Positions 50,713 through 63,928 of a DNA stretch of 64,000 nucleotides are shown here, one piece after another. Within the stretch, counting starts at the first letter, position 1, and each line of letters starts with the position of its first letter. A program made the translations under genes and the position numbers. Below the pieces are notes generated by a model that worked only from the letters and a program-made list of their open reading frames with translations, searched no databases and was not told where the DNA came from. Where the stretch lies: assembly GCA_051294905.1 (NCBI GenBank), contig CM119372.1, positions 2,792,001-2,856,000 of the forward strand, in the 5' to 3' direction. The stretch comes from Botryllus schlosseri. Lineage: Eukaryota.

Positions 50713-53700
50713 GTGAAAAAATTCAGAAATATCATCATAACCAGAGAAGAGACAGACAAATTTGGTGAGCAGAGACTGAGAATAGACCACGGTGCATTGA
50801 GAAGGATACTCATTCAACCGGATATCGGCAAAAAGCCTGTCGCATTCATCAGCATAACAGGATGCAAACGAACTGGAAAGTCTTTCATTTCGAATTTTAT
50901 TCTTCGGTATCTTCGAAGGAAAGGGGTGAGTGAAATTTATCCTGGAAATATCCCCACCTTCAATATAGGTAAAGGTTATATGGTAAACATTTGAAATAAA
51001 CTGCGAACGGTGGAACATTATGTCTCATTTATGTATATACTGGTCCATTTGTATTTACACATGTAACTGCTGGTTACATTCAGTGGGAGAACCCAGACTG
51101 GATCGGCGATCACGATACCAAAGCTGACAGAGATGTTGACATCGAGTGGAAGCAATCGAAAGATAGGCACACCACCGGCATCAGAATATTCGAAGAGAAA
51201 TTCGAAGTTCCAATAGGAGGAAAGAAAACTGTGGGTTCCGCATGAGATGCATATCGCAGATTTTAGCTTCAGTAGAAAACTGATTCAAAATTCGATTTCA
51301 AATAATAAAAAATTCCGATGAAGGCTGGAAAATAAATTTTTATGCAGCCCTTCTGTTCATAATGCACATTGCAATACTGTTTCTAGGCAGAATACCATTA
51401 ATCAACAACTTGTTTAGACATTACGAATAAATGATGAATTTTATAAGTAATAATGTCATCGCTATAATAATTGGAACAATAGTTATGTATTTTGTTCAAA
51501 TCAATAAGATATAGCTATGACTTACAGACCAATTTGAACTTGAAAACCCCAACACAACTTGTTCACAAAGTTCCCCAATATTGCCCGGGTGATTTCAAAC
51601 TTATTTCCGAGTTTAGGAATATATGCCTCTGCATAAGACCAGATTGTATATGACAACCGCTATATTCTACATCTATTACCCAAGGAGTATTCTTCTATAT
51701 GTTCGTTTCTCATAAATCAATCGAGTTCGATAAATATCCGTAACTAGCACAAGAGTTTTCCAGTCAAGTAATAATTAACCATCTGGTATTGCAAATCTGT
51801 ATAGTTGACTATATGTAGTGGTGACCAACTTGGTTTGGGATTGAGATGTGCTCAGCGCGTAATAGGGGTGAATGTGTATATAATTCACTTTTAGTTATGG
51901 ACGTTATTATTTTAATATAATTTCGATATATATGTTTTTTCAGATGATTGTGATGATCATGGACACACAAGGGTTATACGATTTCGAAACGCCCGAACAA
52001 ATGAATAAAGCAATACTGACGCTCAGTACTTTGCTCAGCTCCGTGCAAATATTTAACGTTATGAGACACATAGATGCACAACATCTGCAATATTTGGAGG
52101 TGATGATTAGACTGTCAAAGCTCAGATTTACTTTCTATATCAAATGTTTGATTATGGTCTTGCTGCAACCGCAGCCGCAAACCCCAGCGGACATCTATTG
52201 CTTGTTTTCTAACAACGATGATTTTTGTTTCAAGCGTACATCATAATGTAATTCATATGTTGTTAATCTTCTAGTACTATAAATTAAACACATTCACTGA
52301 ATACTAGCTGAACACAGCGGACAAAGAGAGAGAGAGAGAGAGAGAGATAGTCTATATTTTCATCCAACCAAAATACATAACACACGGCAGTGGTGGTGGT
52401 ACAGAAAATATGCATGCACAGTATTCGGTATTAGATAGGAATGATCGATAAGACCGTGAAGGTCATCTAGTCTAGGGTTACCATATTTTGGCGGAGCAAA
52501 TTCCGGACACTCTTTAGCGTCCACTAGCGGATTGCACAATGAGATGAATACACAGTCAGTTGTTATGACGTCACACTAGCAAAGCTTCGCCTATCGCATG
52601 TACAAGAGCTGAGTGGAATATACGTTTTGAATTGGGCCATCTCGAATGTAACCTGCGGTTATTGCTTTGGTCTGCAACAGATTTCTTCACGGGCCGGATG
52701 AAATCGTCTGGTGGACCTTATCCGGTCTATCCGGTTGTGTGCTTGACAATGACAGTCCTGCTATACTGTTAGGTCGGTGCAGTTATCTGGCTGCGTGTTG
52801 TAACCAGGTCCGAAACAACATTGTTTCAGTCCCCTTCCGCGCAAAAAAGCACTAATCTTGGGCCCAGCAACATAGGGTAATCGACGCAACTTCTTGGAGG
52901 CTTACTATGTGCATCTGCTTATTAAAATTTGTGAATGAATTCTGTTAATAATATTGGTTCTTCCATATATTACTATAAAATACACCAGGGGATGTCACAT
53001 CCGGTGGTTTCCAACCATTTATGGTCGCGAACTCATTTCCAATTGGAACATGTTTCGTGGTTCAGTTCAAGAAATGATAGGCTGATTAATAAAAAAGTCA
53101 ACTTGCCCTGACTTACTCAATGCATATTTTGGTAGCTGATGACGTCCAACATCTTCGCGAGCCCCAGAATGAAGGCAAACAACCCCCAGGTTTAGAACAA
53201 CTGTCTTTGACTAAACCCCAAACGGCCTCAACCAACTCCACGAATATACCGTTATCTTGTAATTGCTAAACCAATTACACTTATTTCAGTAATTATTGGT
53301 TATTTTTATTTAATTTTGATTGCATTTTTTGCGAGGGCGGTGCGTGATCCCCATATTAATATCAATATACGTTGTATCAAATCGCGCATAGCGCGAAGAA
53401 AAATTTCAAATGGCATAAATCTGCTTGAAAATAATATTATTTATGCTGATTTACGAAAAAATGTTGAGCCTACTTCAAGCCTTCAAAATTTCGGACATTC
53501 AGGCATATTTTAGAATTTCCTCTCGGACGCAGATTTTACAGTGAAATTCCGGACATGTCCGGGAAATTCCGGACGTATGGCAACCCTAATCTAGTCTGAT
53601 CACACCAGCATCAAACAGGTACACTTGACTCTAAACAGTCTGGCTGTAAAAAATGTTACGATAGTTGAAAAAAAATAGAAGAAAAATTAAACGATGGTAG

Positions 53701-56700
53701 CAAATGATTATTGAAGCAATGTCGGGGCGGGGTAGGGCAACAGTTAAGGATGGTGTGAACCTCTGAAAGGTTCATGTTCGTGTGAACGCGAAACGTTTTG
53801 AAAGGTTCTGTATGAACACGAACGTGAACCTCATAACTTCACGTGACGTCATATTGCTAATTCCAACCCTACATTTCAGCGAAGTAATAGCCTGTTTTAA
53901 TGTACACGATGCCTAGCGACAACGCAGGCCACATAATGTCACGATGATGAAGTAGATATTGATGTTTTTACCGTCGCCTAATGCATCAACTGGGGCAATC
54001 AAATGGTATAATAATCCGATAAAATCAATATCTTCCGTCTCGTTGCCAACAATTTCAAAAAGGACTTGCAAGGGAATATAAGCATACGCCTTAACGGTCT
54101 AAGCCAGACCGGACATTATATTCGACGTCCGAGTATTGCTACGTTGATTAATTGAGCAGAGTGTAAATCGGATTTCTATTCTTGCTATCGCTATTACCTC
54201 ATTACCAAGTTAAGTTATACAGCAGTAGCCAACACCCCGATCGCACGGATTTAGTTTTTATGATAGAATAAACATGTGCGTGCAAGCAGGATTGACCCCA
54301 TACGCCTGGGCTAGATATTTTACATCAGACAACGATATCAATCTCACTGATCGGTTGAATAAGTATCATTCGCTGACTACCTACAATCCTACATGTAGTG
54401 TATTTCGCTCTTGATGTTTTGTGATTGCGGTTCACGCTCACAGCTGAGAGTCAATAAATATTCACAAACGGAAAGCTGCATTTCGAGCAAATTTTTGTAG
54501 CGAAGCGAGTAAAATTTTTGAGATTTTCAAGGTGCATGCTCGTTTAGTGTTGGTTTTTCTATGTTGCCAACGTCATGCATGTCAGTGGCCCGCAGTTGAA
54601 ATGCAGTAAATTTTAACGAAAGATGTTATAATGAAGTGAAAATTGTAATTTATGAAAAAGGTTCACAGTGCAGAACCTACCAAGGTTCGTTTGTGAACGT
54701 AAACGTGAGGTTCACACACAGAACGCGAACGTGAACCTCACGTTCACACCATCCCTAGCAACAGTGTTAGCGTAACGACAAGAGGTGATCAAGTAATGCT
54801 TTTTTGAATCTGTTATAAGGCAATTCACGGATATGTGGTGGTAATGCATTCCAGATGATACGTCCCGAGTAGTCGATAGACCTCTTCGTTAGGTTGGTAT
54901 TGGGTGGGCGTAAGTAGATATTTCCTTTAGACGAGGATCTCGTGTAATGGGAGTGGACATTTTTAGCAGGCATGAAAAAGTCATCAAACACAGGAGGCAA
55001 ACTATAGGAAAAATATTTGTGAATGACTTTTGATACTTCGAAGCGATATAGGTCGTCAACTTGCAAAATTCGGTGCTTATGGTAGTAAGGCGATAGTTTG
55101 GTACGTAAAGGTACATATGAGATCAGCCAAATCGCACGGGTTTGCAGGGTTCGAATTCTGCACAGAAATGTTGTGCAATTGCATGCACTTCCCCATACCA
55201 CGATTCCATATTGCAGGTGAAAGTGGAAAAAAGAGAAATAGATGGTTCGCAGTATTGATCTGGATATCAAAGATTGCCATACACCGAACTAGTTTTGATA
55301 TTGTGCATTCAATATGCTGCTTCCAAGACATTTTGGAAGTATATGTGGTCCGAAGAATCCATGTCTCTGCGTGAACATACAATAAATGTATGTTTGCGCC
55401 CTAGACAATTTATGAGGTCTCGTTTCAAACTTCTATATTCCATATGTCCGTATTGAGTCGTTAGCATTTTGTGGCTTGCAACTATTCAAGCCTTTTTACA
55501 TATAAAAACTAAATCATATAATATAGGTCTACTACCCAGAACCGGGGATATCGGTTCCCAACATCTATGTACGCCTGTGAATATTTTTCTATGTATCATT
55601 TGAAAGCTCTTTTAAAAAATGGACGTAAAATAACTGCTAGGGGAATAGGGTCAAGCATCTAACTTGATCACGCTTTGTGGGAGTGTATCTCAATTATTTA
55701 AGTAAATTTTCCGGCTTTTATTATGACTCAACAAATATTATTTCAATTGTTTTGCAGACGAGTGTGGATTTTGCGCAAGAAACCTCAAAGCAGCAACTCG
55801 ACAATGGCTACCTAAAGGTTTGTTATAGTTAAATAAAAAATAAAAAAACCAAGAAGTTCAGCGCGAAGTGTGCACTCGTCGATCAACACGCTTCGAGGCT
55901 CAGTCCATTAATTTTGCGGTCATTTAAATGCGAAATCGAGCGGATTCCTGCCCAATTATTTCATGCTGCAGTCCGGCACAACTGTATGGTAGTCCCCATC
56001 AGTTGACATCGGATATCGACATATTCTTGTTTGAAGTTGCATTTAGAACGGTGTCATAAAATCATGTCGGTGAAATAAATGGAATATTGGAATAATTCAA
56101 TGTGGGCGATGTACTTGTTACTCAATGCACATTTCATTAAAACTTTGGTTGTAATGTAGTTCCAATTGATGAGTATCTTTCTCTTTGAATGAGATGATTG
56201 ATTGTCGCACAAATATGGCTGAGATAACATAACAAGATCAATATATATATATATAATAATTTGAAATTTTGTGCTGGAATGTAGCTTTTGTCCAAGTATA
56301 AACCGGACACTGTAACATCAATAAAACCAATCTCACTGCCGTGGACTCGACAGATGAGACTCATTGGACTTTGACTTTGGTCACCAAGTCAACATGCAGC
56401 GTTTGCTTTCCCACTACGCGAGTGTGAACCATGAAAAGTGTCCCTATACACACACACCTCTCCGCAGCGTCACAGGAAAGGTTTCGAGAACCACTAGGTG
56501 AAAAACAATATTAATAAAGGCAACATTACTTGAACACCGTATATTCATCACCAGGCTGCAGATCGTCATGTTACAGTTGACAGTTTGCAATCCTACAGAT
56601 GAAATATCCGGTTACATGATGAATAGATAGGCAAAATGGCTCACATATTGAACTGCAATAGTAATTAGGTCTATACGGCTATACCAGGGGTGGGCAAACT

Positions 56701-59700
56701 ACGGCCCACGGGCCGCATGCGGCCCGCAACACCGTTCTGTGCGGCCCGCGAGAGCCTAAAGAAACTTATTAAAAATATTGATCAAATGCGTACTAAATAT
56801 CGAATTAATGCAGGGACTTGATTAAACTTTTTCTTAGTATATTTCACCATGATAATTCTAAGGCAGTGGTTCTCAAACAGGGGGGCGCGTGAAATTATCT
56901 GAAGGGGGAAACGAAGCTCATGAGCTCAACTTTAAAAAAAATTTTGCTCTGCGCGATTTCCGCCCAATTCCTAGTTATTGCTCTGTATTTGGTCTGAATT
57001 TCATATCTAAAAGTCTCTCAACTACAGTCGTAACCTTCCATGCCATCAAACTATCCGTTAGGTTTGCTACCATCCTGGTTTCATTTTGTGATCTGATGAT
57101 AAGAGAGCGCGAAATCTTTCACCATCATAAGATGGTCGTGTCTTAAAAAGTTTGAGAACCACTGTTCTAAGGTAAATAGGCCTACTTCCTATATTTTTTA
57201 TGTTTAATTTCTGGCACGACCAGCATCTCAAGGCCCTCGCAGTAAGAAAGGTTTCAACTGCTAAACATCCCATAAATCCTAAACGAGATTGACATAATTC
57301 GGATCACGAGTGCGATTTCAGATTGGCCACTCTTTTTTTTATTTTAGTGGCGTGCTTGTAAAAAAACGATTCGCGCATGTCATATTGTCATATGTAGATT
57401 CGTGCTCTGTATGGTATTTATATTCTATCTACAATTAGTAGAATCATGTTTGAAGCTAACATGGTTATGATGCTGTCAGCATTGTGTGTCCTGGAACTGA
57501 ATCCAAATGGGAATTAGTAAATCTATGTACAGATCGCTGCTCACAGATTTAAATTTCAATCCTATTCTAAGAATCGGGATAACCGACTTTCATCTCTATA
57601 GTTTTGACAAATTGGTCATTGAGGTCTCGACCAGCCTATGAAATATCGCCACTGTTTGTGACGCGTGTACGATATCATCAAAGCATCAAGGTTTGTTTTA
57701 AATAAGCATATATGTTATCTCCATGTCCTCACTATAATCAAATGCCAATATTTCATTTTGGTTTATAATCCCAATTCTATATAGTGCGGCCCGCGAATGG
57801 ATTCAGATGTTGAATGCGGCCCGCGAGCTGAAAAGTTTGCCCACCCCTGGGCTATACCATATCATCTGTAATTTACGCAATTTTTCTGCAAGACTTGCTA
57901 AATCCAAATAAAATGTGTTCAGCTGGAACGATTGATGATCCTTATCCGAGACCAACCCCCGGACCACGACTATGAAGACGGAGGATTCAAATCAACGTAT
58001 TCTCTACAGTACGGGAATGATCATTTGCAATCCATATTGGCATCCGAAGGCGGAGGACGCGATCAAATTGTTGTCCGTAAAAAGATAAAGAAAACATTCA
58101 ACGATGTTTCGTGCTTTCCGTTGCCACATCCCGGGAAAGGACCTGAACGAAGGGGGTTTACAGGAAGTAATGGAGGTAACGTAGCATGTCTTTAGATCGC
58201 ATCTCGCTTCTATTTAAATTAGAAAAAAAGCACAATATTAGCTTTCCCATAACTTAATCCACATTACTAGATTCCATCAACAGCGTGATGTTGATACTAA
58301 ACAGCTCATTGTCACAGCAACATCATCGCCACTAGTAGCAACTACCCAATATCATAGACCGCTATTGCTGCTGATATATTGCTGTAGCGAATACCTTGAG
58401 CCGGTGGACACAAAATATCAGGGACCGGGGACGATACTCGTAATCTTATTCTACTTAAGATGTCAGGAAGAGATTGACCTTTTCAGTAGAAGCAAAATTG
58501 ACTGGGTTATTCCTGCACATTATTATGGTGATGCAGTTGGACTATTATTTATTGTCTATTCGCATCATTCCTGACTAGTTTTCGAGTCTGGACTCTGAAC
58601 TTGACTTTCATACCACGTGGTCATGAAGTCATAGTAAAAATAAATTATCCCGGTATATGGAGTTGAATCGCCTTAGTACTAGGGATGGTGTGAACGTAAG
58701 CTTCACTTTCACGTTCTGCGTGTGAACCGCAGAAAGTTAGGGGTTCACGTTCACAAACGAACCTTGGTAGGTTCTGGACTCTGAACCTTTTTCAGATATT
58801 ACAATTTTCAATTCATTATAATATCATTCTTTGAAATTTATTGCATTTCAACTGGGGATCACTATATGCATGGCGCTGGCAGCACAGATATTAACAAAAA
58901 TCGAGCATGCACTTTGACAATCTCAAAAGTTTTACTTTCTTTTATTCAGCGAATGGTGCTCATTCAATCAATCAATGGAGTTGATATCGCTGTCTGATGT
59001 AAAACATCTAGCAGGTGTGCACGGGATCCATCTTGATTACATATGTCTATTGTATTATAAAAACGAAAGCCGTGCGATTGGGGTGTTGGCTACTGCTGTA
59101 TAACTCATTAATGGGGTAATATCAGTAGCAAGTATAGAAACCCGCTCACTCTGCTGAACATCAACGTAGCAATACTCATACGCCGACCTGGACCGTTGAC
59201 GCTTAAGTTTATATTCCTTTACAAGTCCATGGCGAAATTGTTGGCAAAGCGACGGAAGATATTGATATTATGGAAATATTATATCATTTGATTGCCCCAG
59301 TTGATACATTTAGCGACGTTTAAAACGTCAATATGTATTTTAGCATTGTGGCATTATGTGGCCCGAGTCGTCGCTAGGTATCGTGTACAATACATTAATA
59401 TGCGCTACACGTCACTGAAATGTAGGGTTGGAATTAGCAATATGACATCACGTGACGTCATGAGGTTTGCGTTCGCGTTCACACAGAAGCTTTCAAAAAT
59501 TTCGCGTTCACATGAACCTGAACTTTTCAGAGGTTCACACCATGCCTACTATGTACCCGTAGCAGGCATTAGTCTTCAACCAGTAACTCGCAGATAAGTC
59601 AGCACCGGCTCTCATCGAACTGTGTTGCCTACAGTACGCAGGGCATGGTATAGTATGGAATGTAACGGGAAATTTCCATACTCCATACCCGCCCCAATCG

Positions 59701-62700
59701 TTCCATACCATACTTCACAATTTTTCATACCATAGCAACATTCCTCCATTCCATATTTGATACTTTTTCCATACTTTCGCAACTTTTCCAACCTCTCAAG
59801 CGATATTTTTCTATTTTGGACGTGTGGAAAGATCCGGCGTTAACATTCTAATTATTTTTGATGACATTATCCATTCAAACAGTCCTGATGCACAAATGAT
59901 ACAATGATACAGAATAATGAATAGGTCAGATAGACCTCCTGGTGTTGACGAACTTATGCGTATGGTAGATATAAGCCGCCATATGCTGCACTTAAGCATG
60001 TTGTACTATAACTCGAAAATAAAAAAAATATGTCATTTCATCTGTAACGAGTCCGCCTATGCTCTCAATTTGCGAGTCCGCGATCCTCCGTGAATACATA
60101 TTCATGTACAATTGTACATATGAGCTCTTATTATAACGAACCAGGAGATTTCAATCACGTCATATCGCATACAGATGAATAACGACATTCGCGAAAGATC
60201 GCACACCGCTGTCCATGTCCAGTCGATTCTTGCTAATTGGAGGCACTGATAATACGAATTGCTGAATTGCAAATGAGCTGGGAAATATTAGAGATACGAT
60301 CGGAATTTCATAAAAACATATAATAAACGAGGTTAACAATGTAAAGAATTTTTTGCAAGTGCTTCTATTCCCAATCAGAAACCCCCAAGTTCCCCACCGG
60401 TTGGGAACCACCGAATTAGAATATATCTTAGCATATAATTCAGTGGCGGCTCGTCCTATAGGGCAACTGGGGCATTGCCCAACCTAAAATTCTGTTCAAT
60501 AACAATTTAACCATTTATAGACGCACAGCAATCAGTATATACCGAGATCACGGCGAAACCCGCATTATTCTTGTGCTTTCGCTAACAAATGCCCATACAT
60601 AGCGAAGTCTCTGCGAAAATCGAATTCTCTTCTGTGTTTTCGCTTTGTGAGTGCCTAGCCGGGGCTTGCCCCGGTAGCGCTCATAACAAGCTTTCACTAT
60701 CTATTCTCTCAAAGCCGCGCACAATAAAGAAACGGTGATTTACTCTCTCCTATTCGTAAAATGGCCAAGCAAGTAGGGCAACTATGCCTGTCGCCCTTAA
60801 GGTGTGATGTAGCAATCGTATCTATATCTGAACTCGGTTACCGTGATATGCGTTGACTCGACCTTTGCTGGTATATGTCGATTTTGACGGTGTTTCGCAC
60901 CATGATAATTCTTGAAACTTGGTACGATATGTCGTGAAGGTAGTATTTAGCACTGCTCCAAGTTTCAGGCTTGCTACTCAAAGATAAGGGTGGTAATTTC
61001 GTTTCCGAAGTTCAGTGTGTGCTGATCTATCATGTACATTGTACAGCAAACAGATTTTACTCAAAAGCCGGTATTGGTCTCCATTGATTTTGACGATGTT
61101 CCATACCGAGATCGGTCATGATATTTGGCACAGTAAGTCTTAATGTTAGTATCGACCGCTGTAATAAGTTTTAAGTTTGTCACTGAACTATGTGGGTGGT
61201 AATTTCGTTTCCAAAGTCGAGTGAGAGCTGACTCTTCATTTATCGCTAACAGATTTACGCAAAAGCCGTTATTGGTCTCTATTGATTTTAACGATGTTCC
61301 ATACCTAGATCTGTCATGAGCTTTTGCACGGTATGTCTTGATTTTAGTATCGAACGCGGTGCCAAGTCTTAAAGTTGACGCTCAATGATTGAGGCAGTTA
61401 TTTCGTTTTCGAGGTCGAGTATGGTAGAGATGCGCGCTGATCTGATACTTAGCCTACCTACATCATTGCGGATCTCACGGAAAAGCCGGTGTCTGTCTGT
61501 GCTAATCTAGTCTGCGTTCCATAACGAGATCGGTGATGATATTTCCAATGGTATATCTCGATGATCGCATGAAACAGCTAACTAAGATTCTCGGTTTGCA
61601 TTCAAATATTCACATAATTTTATGTTCGCCAATGTGCATGTCACTGTGAAATTGTGGCCTTCAAACCATTTGCTTACAATCCCCTGTCAAATGCGATAGC
61701 TATTTCATTTTCGATGTCGGCTAACAGCTGATCATTCGATCAGTCTATTCCTCGATCTATTTTACTCAAAGTTCGGTGTTCGTCTGTTTGTATTGATTTT
61801 GACAGTGTACCATGCCGGAATGGGTTATGAGATTGCGAATGCTACTTCTCGATGATTTCATGTAACAGTATGCTAAGTTTACGGCTTTCATTCATGTATT
61901 TATTGATTAATATATTTTCCAACGGCGATTTGGCAGCAGACAGTAAGCCGTATGTGTTGCGTCACAATCTCCAGTTTCAAGGCCAAAATGTACTATGTTG
62001 TTCCGAGACCGAAGTTCCGAGGCTGCTGTCCTTAGTTCTTCAAAGACCATTCAAATTGATGTTCTGGATTCAATATGACAGGCCCAATCTATGAGATAAC
62101 AATTGCGTATGTGTCCGAAGTCGTTGACCTTTGCAGTTAGGCTTACGCAATCTCTCGAGTTCTAGTCATTGGAATTAGTCTGGTCAAGTCAAGTGCGAAC
62201 ATGAATCGTATTAAATCTTTGCTCCGTACGTAGGCTAGTTTACGCAGTTGCCTTTAGAGCGAAAATTAAAGGTCTAGAAGACTACTCCTTGTCGCTTCGA
62301 CATATTCCTGTCTTTTCATTGTATCGCATTTTTGTGGTGTATTGAACTGATAAAATTGCTAATAAACCAATGATGATGATGATAGAAATTGTCCAGTCCA
62401 TTGATCCAATCGTACGCCGGGTACCTCCGCTTTGGTTGCCTATCACCTGGTCGTAACTCGTAACCACCAGCTCAGTGGTCGTAACACACCAGGATCGTGT
62501 ACGAAACACTTTCGGACGGCCTATCGATTTGAGTAATCTCTAACTCTACCATTAAATCATAACGCATGCTACTAAGGATGACCTGATAATTGATTCGTGG
62601 CATAGGGACGATTCTTAGTTCACGTGCATTATGTAAAATAATCCTTTGATTAAAAAAAAATGAATAAAACATTTGTTACCACACTTCAAGTCACGGCTCA

Positions 62701-63863
62701 CCGGCAAACCTCTCGCGGCACCTATACGTTAAAATCACTGTTGTCGGGAAATTCATGTGACCATCATATTAAAGTTACTTTTTTACGTTGGAAAACGCCA
62801 TCGTGACGTCATGTTGATAAAAGTCGCTCGCAGCCCTTGCCCCACCACCCGATATTGTCACGAGCCGCCACTGATATAATTTCACATCGCTACAATCATT
62901 TTGCGACAGCCGATCAAATGTCAAATTTCCTCGCCAATCTGTGGGTCCAACACTCACACTTATTGGCATCATTAGCCAACAGCAGGATGTCCATTTTTTT
63001 TATCATAGACAACCAGGTTTTATGAAGTTACAATGCGTGTTGGAGGCCGGCATCTCGTAACGTTGCTCCAAGACAAGCTACATATATTTTTGAATTGCGA
63101 TGGTGGTTATGTTAAATGGATATTGCGTGATAACCATTCTACCAAATCGCAGAAAATTCATGTCACTGGTAGCTACATTCTTAGAGTCTACGATTTAAAA
63201 ACTCGCTTGGTAGTTTACGGAGTAGAAGTGACGATAAGCGAAATGCAAGTTGTATCGCGACAGCGGTTTATGATATTTATATAGGAATATTTATCATTAA
63301 TATTACTTTTATTCATATGCGCGTTGCGCAACTTTGTCTTCAAATAGACGTCGACCGGGGTGGGTGAGTCATGAATCACAATATTAGATATGAACGTAGA
63401 CAGTGAGCGATTTTCTGAGTTATGCAATCAATTTGACAAATCGAATGAAAGATCATTATCACGGTTTTGGCAAAACTGTAAACGTATGGAAAAAGTATGG
63501 AAGTATGGAAAATCAATTCCATACCATACTTGGGAAACTTCCATACCATACCATACCATACCATGCCCTGAGTACAAGGCCCTTCGTTCTGTCGTCACAC
63601 TTAAGCTGTCGTAATCCACAATCTGAAAGTTGCAAAGTATCTACGAGATAGTACTGTTGTAAACCAAAATACTTTCTTCAGAACTGGATAGAGACTTCTT
63701 GGATTCGGTAAAAAAATTTGTCGAGGAGATCGCCAACCCAGAAAAGCTCAAGCCCAAAAGATCTCGTCACAGGCTCTTGAATGCGAGGGAGATAGTCAAC
63801 ACTATTGCAGGATGCGATCAATTGTTTGCGGACAAAATGTTTAAAGCAAGCATGATGGTTGAG
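50713..63863 (+). CDS. Atlastin-like (GB1/RHD3-type, dynamin-superfamily) GTPase, partial: six exons covering the G domain
   Basis: Exons 50713-50925, 51084-51230, 51944-52099, 55758-55817, 57923-58175, 63682-63863 (GT-AG, phases consistent). Motifs: G1 ISITGCKRTGKSFISNFILRYL; DWIGD...W.....RHTTGI (G2); IMDTQG (G3); LSTLLSSVQIFN; LMILIRD (G4); SCFPLPHPG; LDRDFLDSV. These are colinear with atlastin. The 5' start is not identified and the 3' part lies beyond the window. Confidence 0.9.
52473..53588. mobile_element. hAT MITE (TAGGGTTGCCA / CCGGACA family)
   Basis: TAGGGTTACCATA / TATGGCAACCCTA. Perfect TSD ATCTAGTC. Confidence 0.85.
53745..54757. mobile_element. TAGGGATGGTGTGAAC-family hAT element, copy 2
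   Basis: TA(A)GGATGGTGTGAAC / GTTCACACCATCCCTA. Perfect TSD GCAACAGT. Confidence 0.88.
54767..55270 (-). pseudogene. LINE ORF2 C-terminal fragment (post-RT region)
   Basis: LRTIYFSFFH.HLQYGIVVWG...LQ.RAI.LI...HSHYTR...G..IWNALP...FKKAL, typical of CR1/L2/Crack-group ORF2 C-termini. Confidence 0.85.
56685..57849. mobile_element. Composite hAT element copy B (no Penelope insert), with nested MITE 56864-57164
   Basis: TIR CAGGGGTGGGCAAAC at both ends. Perfect TSD GGCTATAC. The nested MITE has a perfect TSD TTCTAAGG. Confidence 0.9.
58680..59548. mobile_element. TAGGGATGGTGTGAAC-family hAT element, copy 3 (inverted)
   Basis: TIRs present. Degenerate TSD CTTAGTAC / CTATGTAC. Confidence 0.8.
60441..62873. 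mobile_element. 2.4-kb non-autonomous hAT element carrying a ~200-bp degenerate tandem array
   Basis: TIR CAGTGGCGGCTCGT / ACGAGCCGCCACTG. Perfect TSD ATATAATT. Confidence 0.88.
60850..61900. repeat. Degenerate tandem repeat, about 5 units of ~200-290 bp
   Basis: Units anchored at ATTTTGAC...GTTCCATAC.GAGATCGGT.ATGA near 60881, 61087, 61286, ~61505 and 61796. Confidence 0.75.
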
Positions 63864-63928
63864 GTAAGAAGCTCTGGACCGAAAAATTAAGATTACAATA
63901 TATGTTCTATATAGACGTATGCCCTAGC

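Larger units (their letters stand above)
52325..55290 (-). mobile_element. 5'-truncated CR1/L2-group LINE, interrupted by two MITEs
   Basis: The RT C-terminal ORF lies at 54767-55270. The 3' UTR continues through 53589-53744 and 52349-52472. It includes GACTAGATGACCTTCACGGTC (CR1-like 3' stem-loop) and ends in a (TC)n tail at 52325-52347. Confidence 0.75.
59639..63570. mobile_element. MITE with CCATA/TATGG subterminal repeats, expanded by nested insertions
   Basis: TIR CAGGGCATGGTAT / ATACCATGCCCTG. Flanks AGTACG / AGTACA. Confidence 0.7.

Noticed and set aside
57092..57118. CTGATGA...GAAA second hammerhead candidate
   Set aside because: No closing helices, and the homologous MITE copy at ~30110 does not keep the motif.
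60850..61900. Possible CRISPR-like array
   Set aside because: Units are long and degenerate along their whole length, with no identical repeats or unique spacers. The context is eukaryotic, inside a TE, with no cas genes.
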